A stretch of DNA of 64,000 bases, from positions 186,001-250,000 of the forward strand of contig NW_026250409.1 of the NCBI RefSeq assembly GCF_024521635.1. Direction: 5' to 3'. Position numbers and translations under genes: made by a program. This DNA comes from Tricharina praecox. Its lineage: Eukaryota. Positions 27,545 through 41,887 of this stretch are shown piece after piece (positions within the stretch are counted from its first letter, which is position 1; every line of letters begins with the position of its first letter). Under the pieces are notes generated by a model. The model was given only the letters and a program-made list of their open reading frames with translations. It had not been told where the DNA came from and made no database searches.

Positions 27545-27756
27545 TTCACTTCCAGGCCTGCTTCACTTCCAGGCCTGCTTCACTTCCAGGCCTGCTTCAC
27601 TTCCAGGCCTGCTTCACTTCCAGACTTGCTTCACTTCCAGGCCTGCTTCACTTCCAGACTTGCTTCACTTCCAGGCGTGATTCACTTCCAAGCTTGATTC
27701 ACTTCCAGGCCTGCTTCACTTCCAGGCCTGCTTCACTTCCAGACTTGCTTCACTTC
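27545..27756. repeat. 17-bp minisatellite (TTCACTTCCAGGCCTGC) x about 12.5
   Basis: Head-to-tail copies with no spacers; variants end in AGACTTGC, AGGCGTGA or AAGCTTGA. Confidence 0.95.
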
Positions 27757-28286
27757 TACGTTACCACTCCCGAGTCTCCCGAGTCCCCCGAGTCCCGCGA
27801 GTCCCGCGAATCCGAGACAGCAGTGATCAAATCCTGTACAAAAATTCTAAATCGATGATAGAAAAAAAAACACTGAAACCCAAACAGAACAAGGAAATAC
27901 CAAAGCAGCAGCAGCAGCAGCAGCAGTAGCAGGCAACAATATCAATATCAACATGGCAGGTAACTTAACAATCGCTAGATGATATTCTTCATAGATCCAA
28001 GAACGAAGAACGAAGACAGGCAAAATAATGAGCACAGAAAATGAACACAGAAAGAAAATGAAAAGAAAAAACGACCTAATAAAACGAAAACGAAAAACGA
28101 AAGCCTAGCACTAATAAAATGTACTCGTTTCAAACCCTTTATTTTTCTCTACTCGTCCGTCCGACCGGCCCCAGCTGTGATGCAGCATTCATGAACTCAT
28201 AACAAAACTAGATAGATACACCGGTTAGCCAGCCATCACCATCACCATGCATACAGGTATCTATACACAGGCACATACCAAAATCG

Positions 28287-31200
28287 TTAAGCCTCCTCCT
28301 CCTCGACAAGGGTATTATCCGTAAGACTCTCGTTCGAGGCGTCGTCATCCATCGAAGCAATCGCCGCTGTCGCCGCTCGTGCGGCTGCCTGCGCACTCAC
28401 GACGTCTGCCAGTCGTCGCAGCTTTGGTGTCTGGAGGTATGAAGGGCAGTATGTCTCGAGAGCACCGATATGCCGAGGCTCGGGAATCTCGTATGGACCA
28501 CTGTCCTCCAGGTCGATGGCTTGGAGCAACAGTACGTCGTTGGTCTTCTCGGTAACTCGCGATGCTACCGCCTTCATGATCTCGCCGTTGATAGGCTGCT
28601 CATAGTCGGCGACGAGATATTGGTTCAGCAGCTTCTGGATTTGGTTGGGTGACAGCCTGTTTTTCTCATCAGTTTCGGTTCCAACTCCTATACCGCCCAC
28701 ACGCAGGGAATACTCACATCCAGCAGATATCCTGGATAATTTCGATATCGCTGAGAGTTGCCTTCTTGAGCTGAAGAAGCTTCGTCGCCTGCATGAGATG
28801 CTCGAGTTGCAAGATACCCTCGGGCATATCGTTACTCTTGCACCACTCCTCGATCCGGGTGATGTTGTAGTTGATCTGGAGACCACGCTTCCAAGACAAG
28901 AAGTTCCTCCGCAGCAAGAGATCGTTGAACGCGGTGACACCAACCAACTTAAGCAGCTCGGTGATAGCCTGCGTAACGATGCTGTCTTCCACGTAGTACG
29001 TTCTCATCGCCTTGTAGACCTTGTTGAGCAGACTCAACAGATCGTCCATGCTGAACTGGGGCTGAGAGTTCGTTTGCAACAGCTTGTTAAGGAATCGGTT
29101 ACCATCGTTGGTGACGAAGCCGGGAAGAGACTGCGATTCGATGATGGCGGGGATGATCATCTTCTGCAGCTTCTTCTTGAGCACCTTCATCCACGTGTGG
29201 TAGATGTTGAACTCCAGAGACTCCAGATCGTGCTTAACAACCTCTAGCAATCGGTCATAGGCGAAATCGTCCTTCTTCTGGATCTCATACCAGTCCTCCG
29301 CGAGGAATACGAACGACAGCATCTCGTGCACATTCGACAGCCAGAAGGCACCGTGCGTGATGGCATCCTCGTCGTGGTTGATCATCACCTCGTGCTGGAT
29401 GCTTTGCATGACGTTCGCCAGGAAGCGCTCAGATTCCTTGATGAAACCGTTGTTCCACATCTCCGACGTAACGACGTTGATGAGGAATGCCGGGAAGAGC
29501 ACCTCCTTGTACTGAATCGGAGTCGTCGAGTTGAGCGCCGGTACCTTCAGATTCTTGATCAACCCAATGGCAACCTCATCGCTGAGGTTCTCATCGTCTT
29601 CCAAGATCCGGAGCAGTTCCTCCTGGCTATTCTCGGCCGTCGGCACGAACGCCTCGAATTCCCGGGCGCGCGTGGGCATACTGGTGGGCATCATGGACAC
29701 CGGTCTAGTCTGGTACGACGACCGGTACATTCCATCCTGCTCCAGTCTGCGGGGAAGCTCCGCGCTTTGCCGCTTAGGCTTCTTGCTGGTGACAAAGTTG
29801 AGCAGACCGGTGGTGATTCCTCCGGACTTCTCGGGAACAGCCTCCTCCACCGGTGGGCCGGCGTGCTGTAGCTGGTCCTCGAGAGCCTGGATCTGCTGCC
29901 TCAGAGACAGCTTCTCCTCCTCGTGCATCTTGTCCCTGATCTTGAACTGATCGAGTTCGGATGTGCGCTGAGTGAGAGACTCCCGCAGCGACTTGCCCTC
30001 CTCCTGTAACCGCTTCATATTCGCGGTCGACTCATCGAACTGTTGCTGCAGCGCCTTCATCTCGTCGTCCATCTGCGCCAGCCTTGCGGCCGCGATACCA
30101 GCCTGGTTTGCCTCGAGTTGAAGCTCCTTGTTGCGGTTCTCCAAGTTGGCGTGCTTCATTCTCCAGCTCTTGACCTGGTTGTCGAAGCTCTCCACCTTGT
30201 CGACGAGAGCCTTGTTGTCCTTCTTCAGCATACCAACAGACTGGGTAAGCTCAATGACCTTGTTCTCCAGCTTGTAGGAAATCTGCTTGAGGTCACGGGC
30301 CTCTTCACGGATCTGCTTGTATTCCCGTCGAGCCATCTTACCCCGCCAGATACTCTGCAAATACACGACACGTTTCCGGTACTGTTGCCATGCGCGCAGG
30401 AACCGCCTAAACGGAGGGTTAGCATCACACTATTCCAAGACACCCGGTACCTCATACCTCGATCTCCATGCAGTCTGAATGTAGCGCGCAGCATTGCCAA
30501 GCACGCGATCGGTGATACTCTTACGGCAGAGGTATCCCTTTGCCGAAGCCTGCACCTTAATGACGCTGTTCCGGATGGTGTGGTAGTATTCGCGCTGCTT
30601 CGATCCGCGCCAGACTCTTTGAATGGTCGTGGCAGCCTTGACGATCCGCAGCTCTTGGGCACTTCTCCGGGCAAGGTAACCACGGGCATATGCCTGAGAC
30701 TTGAGGATGGCCGCGCGAGCCTCCAGGTACTTGCGGCGGTAGAACTTCTTCTTCAGGTTCTTCTGGATCAAGATGGCACATTCGTTCAACCGGCTAGTTC
30801 GCAGGTTCTCCAAGACCGCCAACTACATCACGAATTAGCGACTGTCCTTAGTGAGTGGGTCCAGCCATGAAGACATACCATTCCGGCGCGGAAAAAGATC
30901 TTCGACATTCCCAACTGGTACTTGTCCTTTCCGTCCTTCTGGTTCTCCTGGGGATGACCCTCCGGAGGCACAGTCCGTTTCAGGATCTTGAGGCCAACAT
31001 CCCTGATGGTTCCGGTCTTCAACTCGTCGGAGTGAATCAACATGTAGTATCGGCTCGCAAACTCCTCGTAGGTCCATCGGGTAGGGTATCCAGCGCAAGA
31101 GATCTTGACCGTCTCCAACACACCACAAGCCTGCAATTGACTGAGAACCATTGGTCCCTCGAACTTCCACGCCTCCTTGGCCTCGTTGGGCTTGATACAA

Positions 31201-33534
31201 CGGATGTAGTGGACATTGGTGGATCCGATGGTGTTCATCAGCTCGATCAAAGAGTGCTTGAAGATACCTCCCAGCGTCGGCTTGCGGTTCGACTGCAGGG
31301 CCAGCTTACGGCCGGGAGGAGGAACGGCAGTCTTTGATGCCACACCAGTTTCCTGATCATCACCGTTAGTTGTTGGGTGACCACGAGTCGGGAGGGAGCA
31401 AGTAATACCTTGTCTCGAAGGGACGCCGATGCTTGGAGCACAGTGGTGAGGAAGGGGTTGGTCGAAGCCCTCAACAGCTCCAGGTGCTCATCTGGTACGG
31501 TATCCCTGTTCTTCTCCACGAAGCCTTCGGAGTCGTACGTGACGTCCACCGCATAATGGCACACGGTGAACGACGACTTTCCGAACCTCGGTTGCTGGTA
31601 GGGGAACTCCTTTCCTTTGGTGCCGAAGTGCTGGTGAAGCTTGGTGATCAGGGAGTCGTCGGAGCCGGCGGGCAGCCTGGACTCTTCGTCCAACAGAGAC
31701 AGGATACCAAGCTTTCCCTCGATCAAATCGATACACGGTCTATTATCGGAAAACTCGATGTATTGCCAGTTAATCTGCTCGCGCGCATACTCCTCCTGCT
31801 CCAACTTGAAAACGTGCTGGTTGAACTCCTGTTGCAGCTTCTCGTTGGCATAGTTGATACAGAATTGCTCGAACGAATTGCGCTTGAAATGCTCGAAACC
31901 GTAGATATCCAAAACACCAATAAAAGACTGAACGTTTAACCGGACCTCTTCGGTAGCCAAGCTGTCGTTGATGATCTCGACGAGCCAGTCAAACAGCGAC
32001 GAGTAAATGAACTTGGCGATCGAGTCACGCACAACGATGGCCTGCTTCTGGGAAAGCGGGGTGACCGTCTTCTCGTTACGCATGACAAGTTGCTTCTTGG
32101 TTGTCCACTTCGCAAACTCATCCGCCTGGACTCCCAAAAGCTCGGCGGCACGGACAAGGTTAGGCTCGTCGGAGCCGAGGACGGACCCGTTACGGACGGC
32201 ACCAATCTCGCAGTTTCCAAGGTGCAAAAGCGCAGCCAGGACCTTCCAGATGAGCGCCTGGGTCTTCATCGTGACACCGATAGTCTGCAGCGAGTCTCTG
32301 GTGAGCTTGAACTCGGCCGCATCGTCCATGTTGGGGACATGGGGATCTCCGCCCTGGTTGGTAAAGTTGAACTCAGCCACAGGACGCAACCCAAGCTGGG
32401 TCCTCTCCTCATCTGTGGCTCCGGCGATCAATTGATAGAAGATATGATAGTTGCGCTCCGTCGCAGGCTGGAACACCAATCGGGCACGCTCGAGCAGGTA
32501 GGTTCTGATCTTGGCTCCGATGATGTCGATCTCCTTGTCGAACATGATCTCTATGTACTTTCCGAACCGCGAGGAGTTGTCATTACGGGTGGTCTTTGCG
32601 TTACCAAAAGCTTCCATGATGGGATTGGTCGCCAGAATCTGCTCTTCCGTCTTGCTCATGGCGGCGCCCTGGCCACCCTTCCGTCGCCTGCCAGGCCGGC
32701 TCGGATCCTCCACCGTAGCGAAGTACCTCATGATGTACTTGGCACTAACGGTCTTTCCGGCTCCGGACTCTCCAGACACGACGATGGTCTGGTTCTTCTG
32801 GTCACGCACCATCGCCTGGTAGGCGGTGTCTGCGATGGCGAACAGATGGGGATCTTGGTCCTCCTTCCGCTTGCCGGCATAGGCCTGGACAAGACCCGGG
32901 TCGTAGAGGAAGTCCATGCGATCGAAGGGATTGGTCGCAATGAGGACGATACCAGAGTACGTGTAGATTTCGCGTTTGGCATATCGAAGTTTGATAGCTT
33001 GAAGCACTGTATTTTGCGGAGAACGGAGCACGTCAGAAAAAAAAGCTCCAGCTAAACTAATGCGACGGGGGAGGTGACGAGAAGATTGAAAGCGGGAATG
33101 GGGGGAGGGTGTGGGGAAGTATTCGGGAGTTATGGATCGCAATACCGGCAGGTTCGTTCAAGTGGGATAAACTTGTCAAATCGTCCGAAGCCTCGAGCAC
33201 AGGTGGATTCATCAACGGTGGCAGATTCTTATCCTCGGCATTGCCTTCCAGCACGGCCAACGTTGTGGACTTCTCTAATTTCTACGGCGACGAAGAGTGG
33301 TCAGCGCATTGTTCCCGGATAGCCCAATGCTGCAACTCTCCCCCCCCCCTCCCCCCACACTCCTAATAGCAATCATCATTCACGAACCTCGCCTGTCCTC
33401 GAACCGGAGGTGATCTCGAACACCAAAGTCGCCTTATCCCCGTCGACGCTCTTGGAGAGGACTTTGGATGAAACCCATCCGTCCGTCGGGTCCTGGACCC
33501 ACGCCCCCGTCTCCACATTGTAGGTGTGTGCCAT
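28287..33534 (-). CDS. MYO2: Class V myosin heavy chain
   Basis: DDLTSLSHLNEP; P-loop GESGAGKT; NDNSSRFGK; DIYGFE; IQ motifs; coiled coil; C-terminal DIL domain (FNDLLLRRNFLSWKRGLQINYNITRIEEWCK). Start MAHTYNVETGAWVQDPTDGW. Confidence 0.97.
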
Positions 33535-34320
33535 TACGGCAATCGCAAGAAGCTTAAGGTATTAATGTGTGTGTTGATGGAAGCAAGTAAAACAAGCAAG
33601 CTGCTATACGGCCGGCCGGAAACGAAAAAGGTGATTATAGAGCGCCTGTTGATAGTAACGTGTCCTTCCCGGGGGCCCGGTTTTTCTTCTGTGCCTCCAG
33701 TACTCGGCGGGGAATACAGATCGAATGAACGGCGAGTAGGTGAAGGTGGAGTTGATGGAGTCGATGCGAGCAGGCCTTTTTTTTTCTTTCGATTGGCAGT
33801 AAGGAGAGTGGGGATGTTGAACGGGGGGAGGATAGGTTAGTAGCTTGAGGGGTTGAGAAGGGGAAAAGATGCAGGCCGACCGAGTTGAAGGAAGCTGGGG
33901 AGAGAGGGAGGGAAAGGGAGAAGGTAGCGGGCGGACAGCGGAAGAAGATACTACAGCGGGTGCAGCGAAAGGAGGCTGGAACTAAGGTAGGAGGAGGTAG
34001 AGGTTGAGGAATTTAGGGTTAGTTCAAGGGACCACCAACGCTGCGCTCACTCTCTGGGCGTCTGGCGTTCTGTCTCGTGGAAGGGATCAAGGGTCGCTGT
34101 TGGGTGGCAGACTGTGGCGTGGTCGCCGTAGCCAGACCATAGTGCCCATCCGGTGCATTTATGCAGAGTTAACCAGCCACAGTCGCTCGAGCCCTCTCCT
34201 CGTCCGTCATCATATGTACCCAAAAGTCGACGATATATAGATGGCCGGATGCTAACTACTAGCAAGGTACGGCCCAGCTTGAGGCCAACAAAAAAAGGGG
34301 GTTCTAAACGGAAGGAACGG

Positions 34321-34404
34321 AGAAGAAGAAGAAGACGAAGAAGCAGCAGAAGAAGCAGAAGAAGCAGAAGAAGAAGCAGAAGCAGAAGAAGAAGCAGAAG
34401 AAGA
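34321..34404. repeat. (AGA/AGC)n purine-rich microsatellite
   Basis: Directly visible, upstream of MYO2. Confidence 0.85.
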
Positions 34405-34770
34405 AAGGAAGCGGCAACAGTTGCTTGCTTTTGCTTGCCCTCGAATCTCGGCGAGTGAAACATTCGTCAGGGCGTCTACATACCAACCTACATACGTTGG
34501 TACGGTACTGACACCTCAAGCGGAACCGAACCGAGCACAGCACAGCGCAGTACCGTAAACACGGCGCATGTATCCCCTCATGTTCTACAGTATTGTACAT
34601 TTCATGCGGGCGACCGCCAGGAAGGAAGCACCAGGAGCCCCACAAGATATCCCCGGTTCCGTTCATCCACCACCACCGCTTCTCCTCTTGGGTGGTGGAG
34701 GTGGATGGCGGTGGAGGCGGTGGATGGTGGAGGTGCATGCAGAAGCCAGAAGCCAGAAGTCGGGATGCTT

Positions 34771-34795
34771 CCAACCCAACCCAACCCAACCCAAC
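34771..34795. repeat. (CCAAC)5 microsatellite
   Basis: Directly visible. Confidence 0.9.
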
Positions 34796-36045
34796 GTAAC
34801 CTAACCAATCGGCTCTCCCTTCACTCCCTCCACTCCCCCTGTGGATCTGTGGCTAAGTCACTGCGCATCTCTCTCGCAAAGTGCAAAGTGCAACTCCTCA
34901 GCTCCTCAGCTCCTCAGCTCCTGAAGTTACCGAAAAGGAAAGGGAAAAAAAAGGATGGATGGATGGAAAATGGGTCGGAACCTCCCTCCCTCCCTTGGCG
35001 GACGAGCGAACGAACGCACTGGCCACGCCAGCGGCCAGCCACGCCACAGACAGGCCCACCAGTGACCAGTGCCAGCCCATCCCGACGATTAATAGTGCAC
35101 ACATCGCTCGTATTTCTTCCCAAGTTCCCAACCACAACCACAACAACATCCTCCATCATAAGGCATGCAGAGAAGGGAGAAGGGCATGAGAGCATGAGAG
35201 ACGACGACATCGGCGGTTACCTGGAACCTCAGAGGAAACCCACAGAGATCGCTATGTTCCCCATATCTGCCCAATAAACCCGCATGGGCGTCTCCTCAAG
35301 CTTTTCCAGAATCTAGAATCCAGCTGACCCATGGATCCAGCCGATCCTAACTCCCGCCTATCCAAGTGACGTTGTGAGCCTGTCTCTGGCCTTGCTTATT
35401 CTGTGGTTGTTCTATTAAACCACCCGGGTACACGCCGGCCAGCCAGCCAGACAAGTAGATCGTTTTCACACCACACGCCGTGCATTTAAAACCCAATCGA
35501 TTTCTTCTCTTCTCTTCGATCCTCTCATACAACAGCCGTGCTAGAACCCCCAGGTAACCCGTCGTAAAGAAAAAGCAAGAGCGGCGGAATGCAAAAGGAA
35601 AGAAGAGAGGAAAAAAAACAGAAATGTCACACATTGATGCAAAAGACGTGAAATGGACATGTGTAGTAGAGGGGGGATGAGCTTTGAGCACAATATGGGA
35701 GGGAAGAGCAGTTACAGTGGTCTGTCGCGGAGAGAAAAGGAGAGAAAAAAACACTACCTACCGCATCAGCAAGCAAAAGAAAAGCAGACAAGCAAGTGAT
35801 GCGCACTGTGAAGAAAGAGGAGGAGGAGTTTTTATTACACGGTGTGCGAGAATGAATAAAGGGAAAACGATGTCACAATTGCGTTCATTAATAGCATCTC
35901 CGAACGTTTATACCGACGATCCGCCGACATCCGTCGTCCCAATCACAGACCCACTCATGTGCCAGAAACCCGATTCATTTTTTTATCAAGCTGCCATGAC
36001 AAGTTGGAATGACAACACCAGCCGGAAAATGACAAGTATGATCGT

Positions 36046-37568
36046 TTAACTCTGCTTGCACTCAGCCGCCTCCTGCTTGGGTTTCGTGCCATCGTTCTGG
36101 TCATCGTTAGTATATTGGGTTTCTGGGTAGAATGCGGGATCACGTACGTCGTCATCGGACTCCTCCTCGTCGTCCTCTCTGTCGTCATCGCTGAGGTCCT
36201 CGTCATCGTCATCCTCGTCCTCGAAGTCGCCCTCCATGTCGGCACCCATTCCCTCGAACTGACGAGCCTCGCCAGTGAACCAGTCGATGGCACGGGGAAT
36301 GAGCTTCTCCTTGATGTCCTCACCAAGCTGGTAGTCGAGCTCCAGGCGGTCCTCGATGTCCTCTTGGTCCTCATCATCCTCGTCGAAGTCAGTCGGGGGC
36401 TTCGGGGGAGTGAAGAAGTTGAAGAACGATTCTGTGGGCACGGTGCGCTTAACAACGCGGGTCTGCTTGGTGTCTGCGGTTGCGATCGAAAATTAGCTGT
36501 AGCTCCCGGTATGAGAATCGCGGAGACACCTACTCTTGTTGCGCTGCTTCTTGCTCTCAATTCGGACAGTCAAGTCCTTGCCATCCTTCCAGTTAATCTT
36601 GTCGCCCTCGGCGTGGTCGTAGATGAAGTCACCGCCGTAACCGTTCTCGTCCTGGTAGTAATACGTCTTGGTGATCTCCTTGTTAGAGAAGAACTCGTTC
36701 TCGGAAAACACAAAGTGCAACCTGAAGCCAGGGGTGTCGAGGTAGCTCAGTCGGATGTCGGTGAGGTGCTTAAGAGCAGCCTCGTCGCGCTCGGTGATGG
36801 TCTCGGCCAAAAGGGCGTTGTTCTTCATGGCAGACAGCCAGAACTCGGGCACACCGTTCATGGCTTCGGTCGGCTCCTCCTTGTTATCGTCCTTCTCGTC
36901 ATCCTCATCCTCATCGTCCTGGTCCTCCTTACCAGCGACGACATCCTCTTCGGTAGGCTCCTCCTGGCCGTTCACGATCTTGGCACGCTTCTCGTAGAGG
37001 GGAGTGTACTTGGCGAAGTACTTCTTCTCGAGCTGGAGGACCTCCTCCTGGAATGCGGCCTCGAGCTTGGAGTGCTCCTTCTGCACACCTCGGAGACCAG
37101 CGATGCGGCGGCGCACGGGCGCAGGCAGGGACTCGATGTAACCGGACGAGCGACCAACTAGTTTACCGAGCTTTCCCTCAATCATGGAAACGAGCGCGGG
37201 GTTCGACGCAAAGATGGAAGCAGCGGTGGCGCGGTCGAGCTTCTCTATAATTGGAAGAGCAAGTTAGCAACCACCTCGAGGAGAAGACGCCCAGATATTT
37301 GCCGTAGCAGGTGGGGGTGTGGGGGATAGTTGACGGAATTCACAAACCTTCTTCGATGGTGGAGACATTAGGTTGCTGGGCGTGGGACGAGATAGGAGCG
37401 GCTGTGGAGGGTGTGTTTTGCGGGGTACTGGAGCAGCGATATCAGTACACATCCGACGACGCCGATAATGAGTGGTGTTTCGGTGGCGGCTCGAAGAGAT
37501 GAGGGAGATACTCACGGTGCTCCGGCCAAATGGTCGACCTTCTTATTCTTAATGGGCTGCTCAGACAT
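36046..37568 (-). CDS. NAP1: Nucleosome assembly protein 1
   Basis: [62 protein letters not shown]-terminal CKQS. Confidence 0.96.
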
Positions 37569-40500
37569 GGCGGGCAACTATCGCAAGTACTTTTTGATGT
37601 TTGGTGGGGGGAGGGAGGGAGGGGATAGTGGGGAGGGGGTGGATGTGTCGAGCAAGAGAGATGCTGGACAGATGGAGCGGGCGATGGAGGGGTGGTGGGG
37701 GAAGGGTTTGGCGGGTTTATGGGAGTGGGAGATGGCGATGTGTAGTGGTAGTGGAGGTAGAGCGCAAGAGAAGACGGGGAGCCGTGGAGGGGAGGAGTGA
37801 ATTGTTCGCGGGCGGTTTTGGATTTTTGGCGGGGTTTCCTGCCAAGCCGTACAAAAAATTCAATTGTTGAGTGTGATTTTCCGAGAGGAGCTAGAAGCTA
37901 CAAGAAGCTGGGAGCCACCACACACAGAAACACCACCACCACAACAACAGTCCGAGCTGGCACGCATCCGAGCGACAGAGAGCGACGGGGCGAGCGGCAA
38001 CACAGACAAAGATGCGGCGCAGCGTGTGTGAGTGCGAGTCGAGAGTCGAGACTCGAGACTCGGGATTATGGCGATGAGGCTCTACTGGCGAGCAAAGCCT
38101 TGCCTAATTCTTTTTTTTTTCTTTGTGTCGTCTCTCGTTCTCGAGTCAGAAAAGAAGGAAAACCGTGCCCGTTGGCCGCCATCCGTCCTCTTGCAGTTCC
38201 CTAAGCCGGGAAGCTTCAAGCAACGCCGTCTCCCCCACGTTCGCGCCCTAACACCTCAACTAATGCGAGCTGGGGTCATGGATATCAATATACGTGCTCG
38301 AACACATGTATGTAGAGTAGAGGAGAGGCACCCTTGAGTACAGCGGGCAGGAATGGCCCAATTCCTCTCACATAGGCACTGTTCCTCTGCTCGCATAGCT
38401 GTCCCTTCTCTCGTCGGCATCTCCAGAGCAGAGGAGACCTCACTGCAAGGCGGCGGCGAAATGACGAGATGGGTACATAGAGTAGAGAAATCGCAGAGCT
38501 CGCAGAGCTCGCAGGAAGGAATTCGGACCGTTCCTTGCTGCTGGATGGATTGCTACTGGCGTGTTTCCGACAAACCACACCTGCATAACGGATCAAGATA
38601 CTGTTGCTTCCAGATTCTGCAGATGCCGTTGCTTGCTGCAGAGATGTTTGGGGAAAGCGGCCAGCGAACCTTCCACTGTCGGGGGGTCGAGCGAGCTGCC
38701 AGTGTGATTGGTCGCCACCCCGCGATGCGAAACAAAAAAAAAACAGCTCCCCCCCTCCCCTCCCCGACTCGCAACCTGGAAATATGATACTGTACATAGC
38801 TCTCTGTCCTGCATCCATCTGAGATAGACAAAACGTGCAATTGTGATATGGGTGTCAATCAACACGCACCAAGGCCGGAAATAAGTGATTCCATCCGATA
38901 CGAAAGCTGTTGGGACAGACAGATACATGTACATGTGCAATACACCGAGTCGTCGACGAGCTTCATCACAGGCTCGGACTTCTTTGTCGCCGACGGGACG
39001 ATGATAAGCGTGCGCGCATTGCTGGCCTGGCCTGTCCTGTCTTGTGCTTGCTGCCGAATGATAGTTGACGCATCTATCAGTTGCTATTGGGGGGGGGCAG
39101 CATTAACCGCGCAGAAACCAGCGGTGCCGCCGGTCGTCCGCCGGCAAAGGCAACTCAACGACATGATACATCTAACCAAATGCAAGCGAAGCTTTGCACT
39201 GGGCTTCTACCGGTAGACCAGATGGAGCCACCGGTTTGTTGGGTTCGGCAGTTGGTCTTATGGGGTTTGAGACCAGAGTTGCTCTATGTATGTAGGGGAT
39301 TGCATGTATGTATGATATGTACGCATAGTGATTACTGACGAGGCCATGTATCATGTACCTGTGCGGGTGATAGCCGGTGATGCACTGTGATTGCTGGCCA
39401 CGGAATGGTCGTGTTTAGCTGCATAAGTAACATCGGGATTGTATCAACCGGCGATGAGCCGAGACACCGGAGAATACTCATTGAGGTATTATGCAACTCT
39501 ACATCTAAATTGATCCCGTTGGTGGAATCGGTCATTGCAGCTCCGGCGTGATTTGGATTGAAGCACCCGCTGGCGCGATATCGAGTTTACTGGACCCAAC
39601 GACGGTAAGTTTTTCTCCTGTATACCGAGTCATCCCCGAATTTGAGTTAGACTTTCGTAGTGCATATGTGCGGGGCGGTTCAAGCTTCGTGGCAGGATTG
39701 CAATCCACCACCGGCAAGACCGGGGTGGGTGGGTGGGGGGCTCAGACCCATCGACCATAATACATACTCGGAACCCGTATTCTAGGATGCGGGACACGCG
39801 GGACGGTGTGTTCCGATCCACTCGGGCAACTCAATCCCTCCGCCCTCCGGAGTCCGTTGTGGCGAAGATGTGCACCTTGTACCAGGAAGGAACAGAGTAC
39901 CTAGATTGACGCCTCCTCGGGCCTCGGCTTTGTGCACCTTTGGGCTTGAGTTTGAGATGGCTTTGCTTACGTATCTACAGTTTGGCCTTTTGCTTCCGTT
40001 GACTCGGATTGTGATGAAGGCGGGTTGTGTCCTCGGGTAGTGAGTGAGTCCCGGGTCTGGATTGACCCACAAGGTGCTTACTCGGAATCTCGGATAGCCG
40101 GAGCGGACCATGTCCAGAAAGCCGAACGTCTGCCGGCGCCGTTTATCGGAGATGGGAGATGTATGCATAACATAGTAGACCGACATAGTGATAATGTGTG
40201 CAAATGCCTGGTACGGTCTCCCACTGTTCATGAATAACCTCACCAGCACCTGCCACCTACTGCCACTTCTATTAACAGCTGTTTCGGACTCGTATACCGT
40301 AGTTAGTTGCTTCCTAAATTCTCCCCGTACGTCCACTTCGCAATCACGTGAAAAGCGAGTGAGAGCTATGACGGAGGTTATGGAGGCGTTCATCTCATTT
40401 GAATACCAGCCATGAAATGCAACCCAACGAGCGAGCTACATTAAAGATGGAACAACTGCCTCAGAAAGCAAAGGCAGGGTAGATGCTCGGGCCAGGTTCT

Positions 40501-41887
40501 CCCTCACAGGCACCCTCTCTTGCCCAGCGCTCGAGCCTGCCCAGCTAACCTTTGGGCCATGGATAAACATATCAACACTAAACACCAAACTCCTTGGTTA
40601 CCTCGTAGGCTTCACGAACAAGAGCCTAGTAGGCGCTGTATAAACATCTCACATGCGTACATCTAGGCCACCAGTTCACCATGAAGTGCTTCTTCAATCC
40701 AGTCCTTCTCCTCCGCCCCGAATGACTGCTCGAGGCGTCACCCACCCGTGTAGAGTATTTTCATCGTCAAGAGGTGCTTGCTAATCCACAACTGTAGGCT
40801 GCGCTACGGAGGCGAGTTCGAGTGATCTGTGAAGGTATTCGACGATGGTTAGCTCACAGTGTACGGGACATGCGTGCAACGGCTGGAGAACCTTCTTGCC
40901 GCTTTCCCGAGTGCGCCATTCGAGAGGTCTCGGTTCTCAAGGCTCAGAGATCATGGCCCTATTCAAAATGTCCCGTCAGCCTCGGACGTCCTTTGTTATC
41001 TCTATCTGCACAGAAAGTTTTTCCAGAGGGACAACGACATGCTTTTTTCTTCTCTTTCGAGGATATACGGAAAATGTGCAGCGAACGACCTAAAAGATCA
41101 AGAGGGTTGATCCACAAATAATGAGAGACAACAAGCCACTGGGGCTGAGATCGCTGTACTGTAATAGTTGTTGGTATGAAGTGGAGCTGTTGTCGTGGTG
41201 AGGATGCACCCTGCTGCCTACTTTCACAACCCTTTGCTTTTGCTTTTTCCCTTCCAACCTTGTTTACTGAGCACGTCCCCCTCTCTGCCGCGTCCTTACT
41301 CCGCTTCTATCGAACCTGCGCATTTTCCTTCCATCGGCTGGGACAACAGAGATCGGAGCCGTGACCAAGTGCCCAAGTGTCTCTCTTCTCTATTGATAGC
41401 TTCCTCGTCGTTGCCGCTGTTGAAATGTTCTCTCCACTGCCAATTGCGGGCTTTTGGACCACAAGCATTATGCACATCACATACATGATACGGTACTGAC
41501 TGGACAACCAAGCTCCGCTTCCACCTCAGCTCGAATGCGGCTCGAGGGATTGCTACCCCAGACTCGGATACTGATGCGGAGTTGCATAAGACCCATAGGA
41601 GAGGTCACAAAGTAGGCAGCAGTGATCGTTTTCTGTGTGAGTGGGGCTGCTGGGGGGATGGGGCTGCAATGAGCTGCTTTTGGCTGCTTTTGTGTAGATG
41701 TGACTACTGTCGATGTTCAGCCCGTGGAGGTACATGTTTTGCGGTGGAGGGGGGGAACTACATAAGTTCTCGCGGATGGGCAGTGCTCCTCTTCCGCTCC
41801 CCACCAGGTCCGTCTTCGCAAACGCCCTCGAGTCACTAAACTCTACGGCAACTCCATTCCATCAACACGAACTCCCTCAATCTCTCC

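Noticed and set aside
27545..27756. Possible CRISPR-like array
   Set aside because: Units are head-to-tail with no unique spacers, there are no cas genes, and the context is eukaryotic.
36115..37161. Long antisense ORFs over conserved genes (also 32090-33055, 55087-55989, 25648-26439, 12745-13452)
   Set aside because: Shadow frames expected from GC-rich codon bias of the real gene on the opposite strand.
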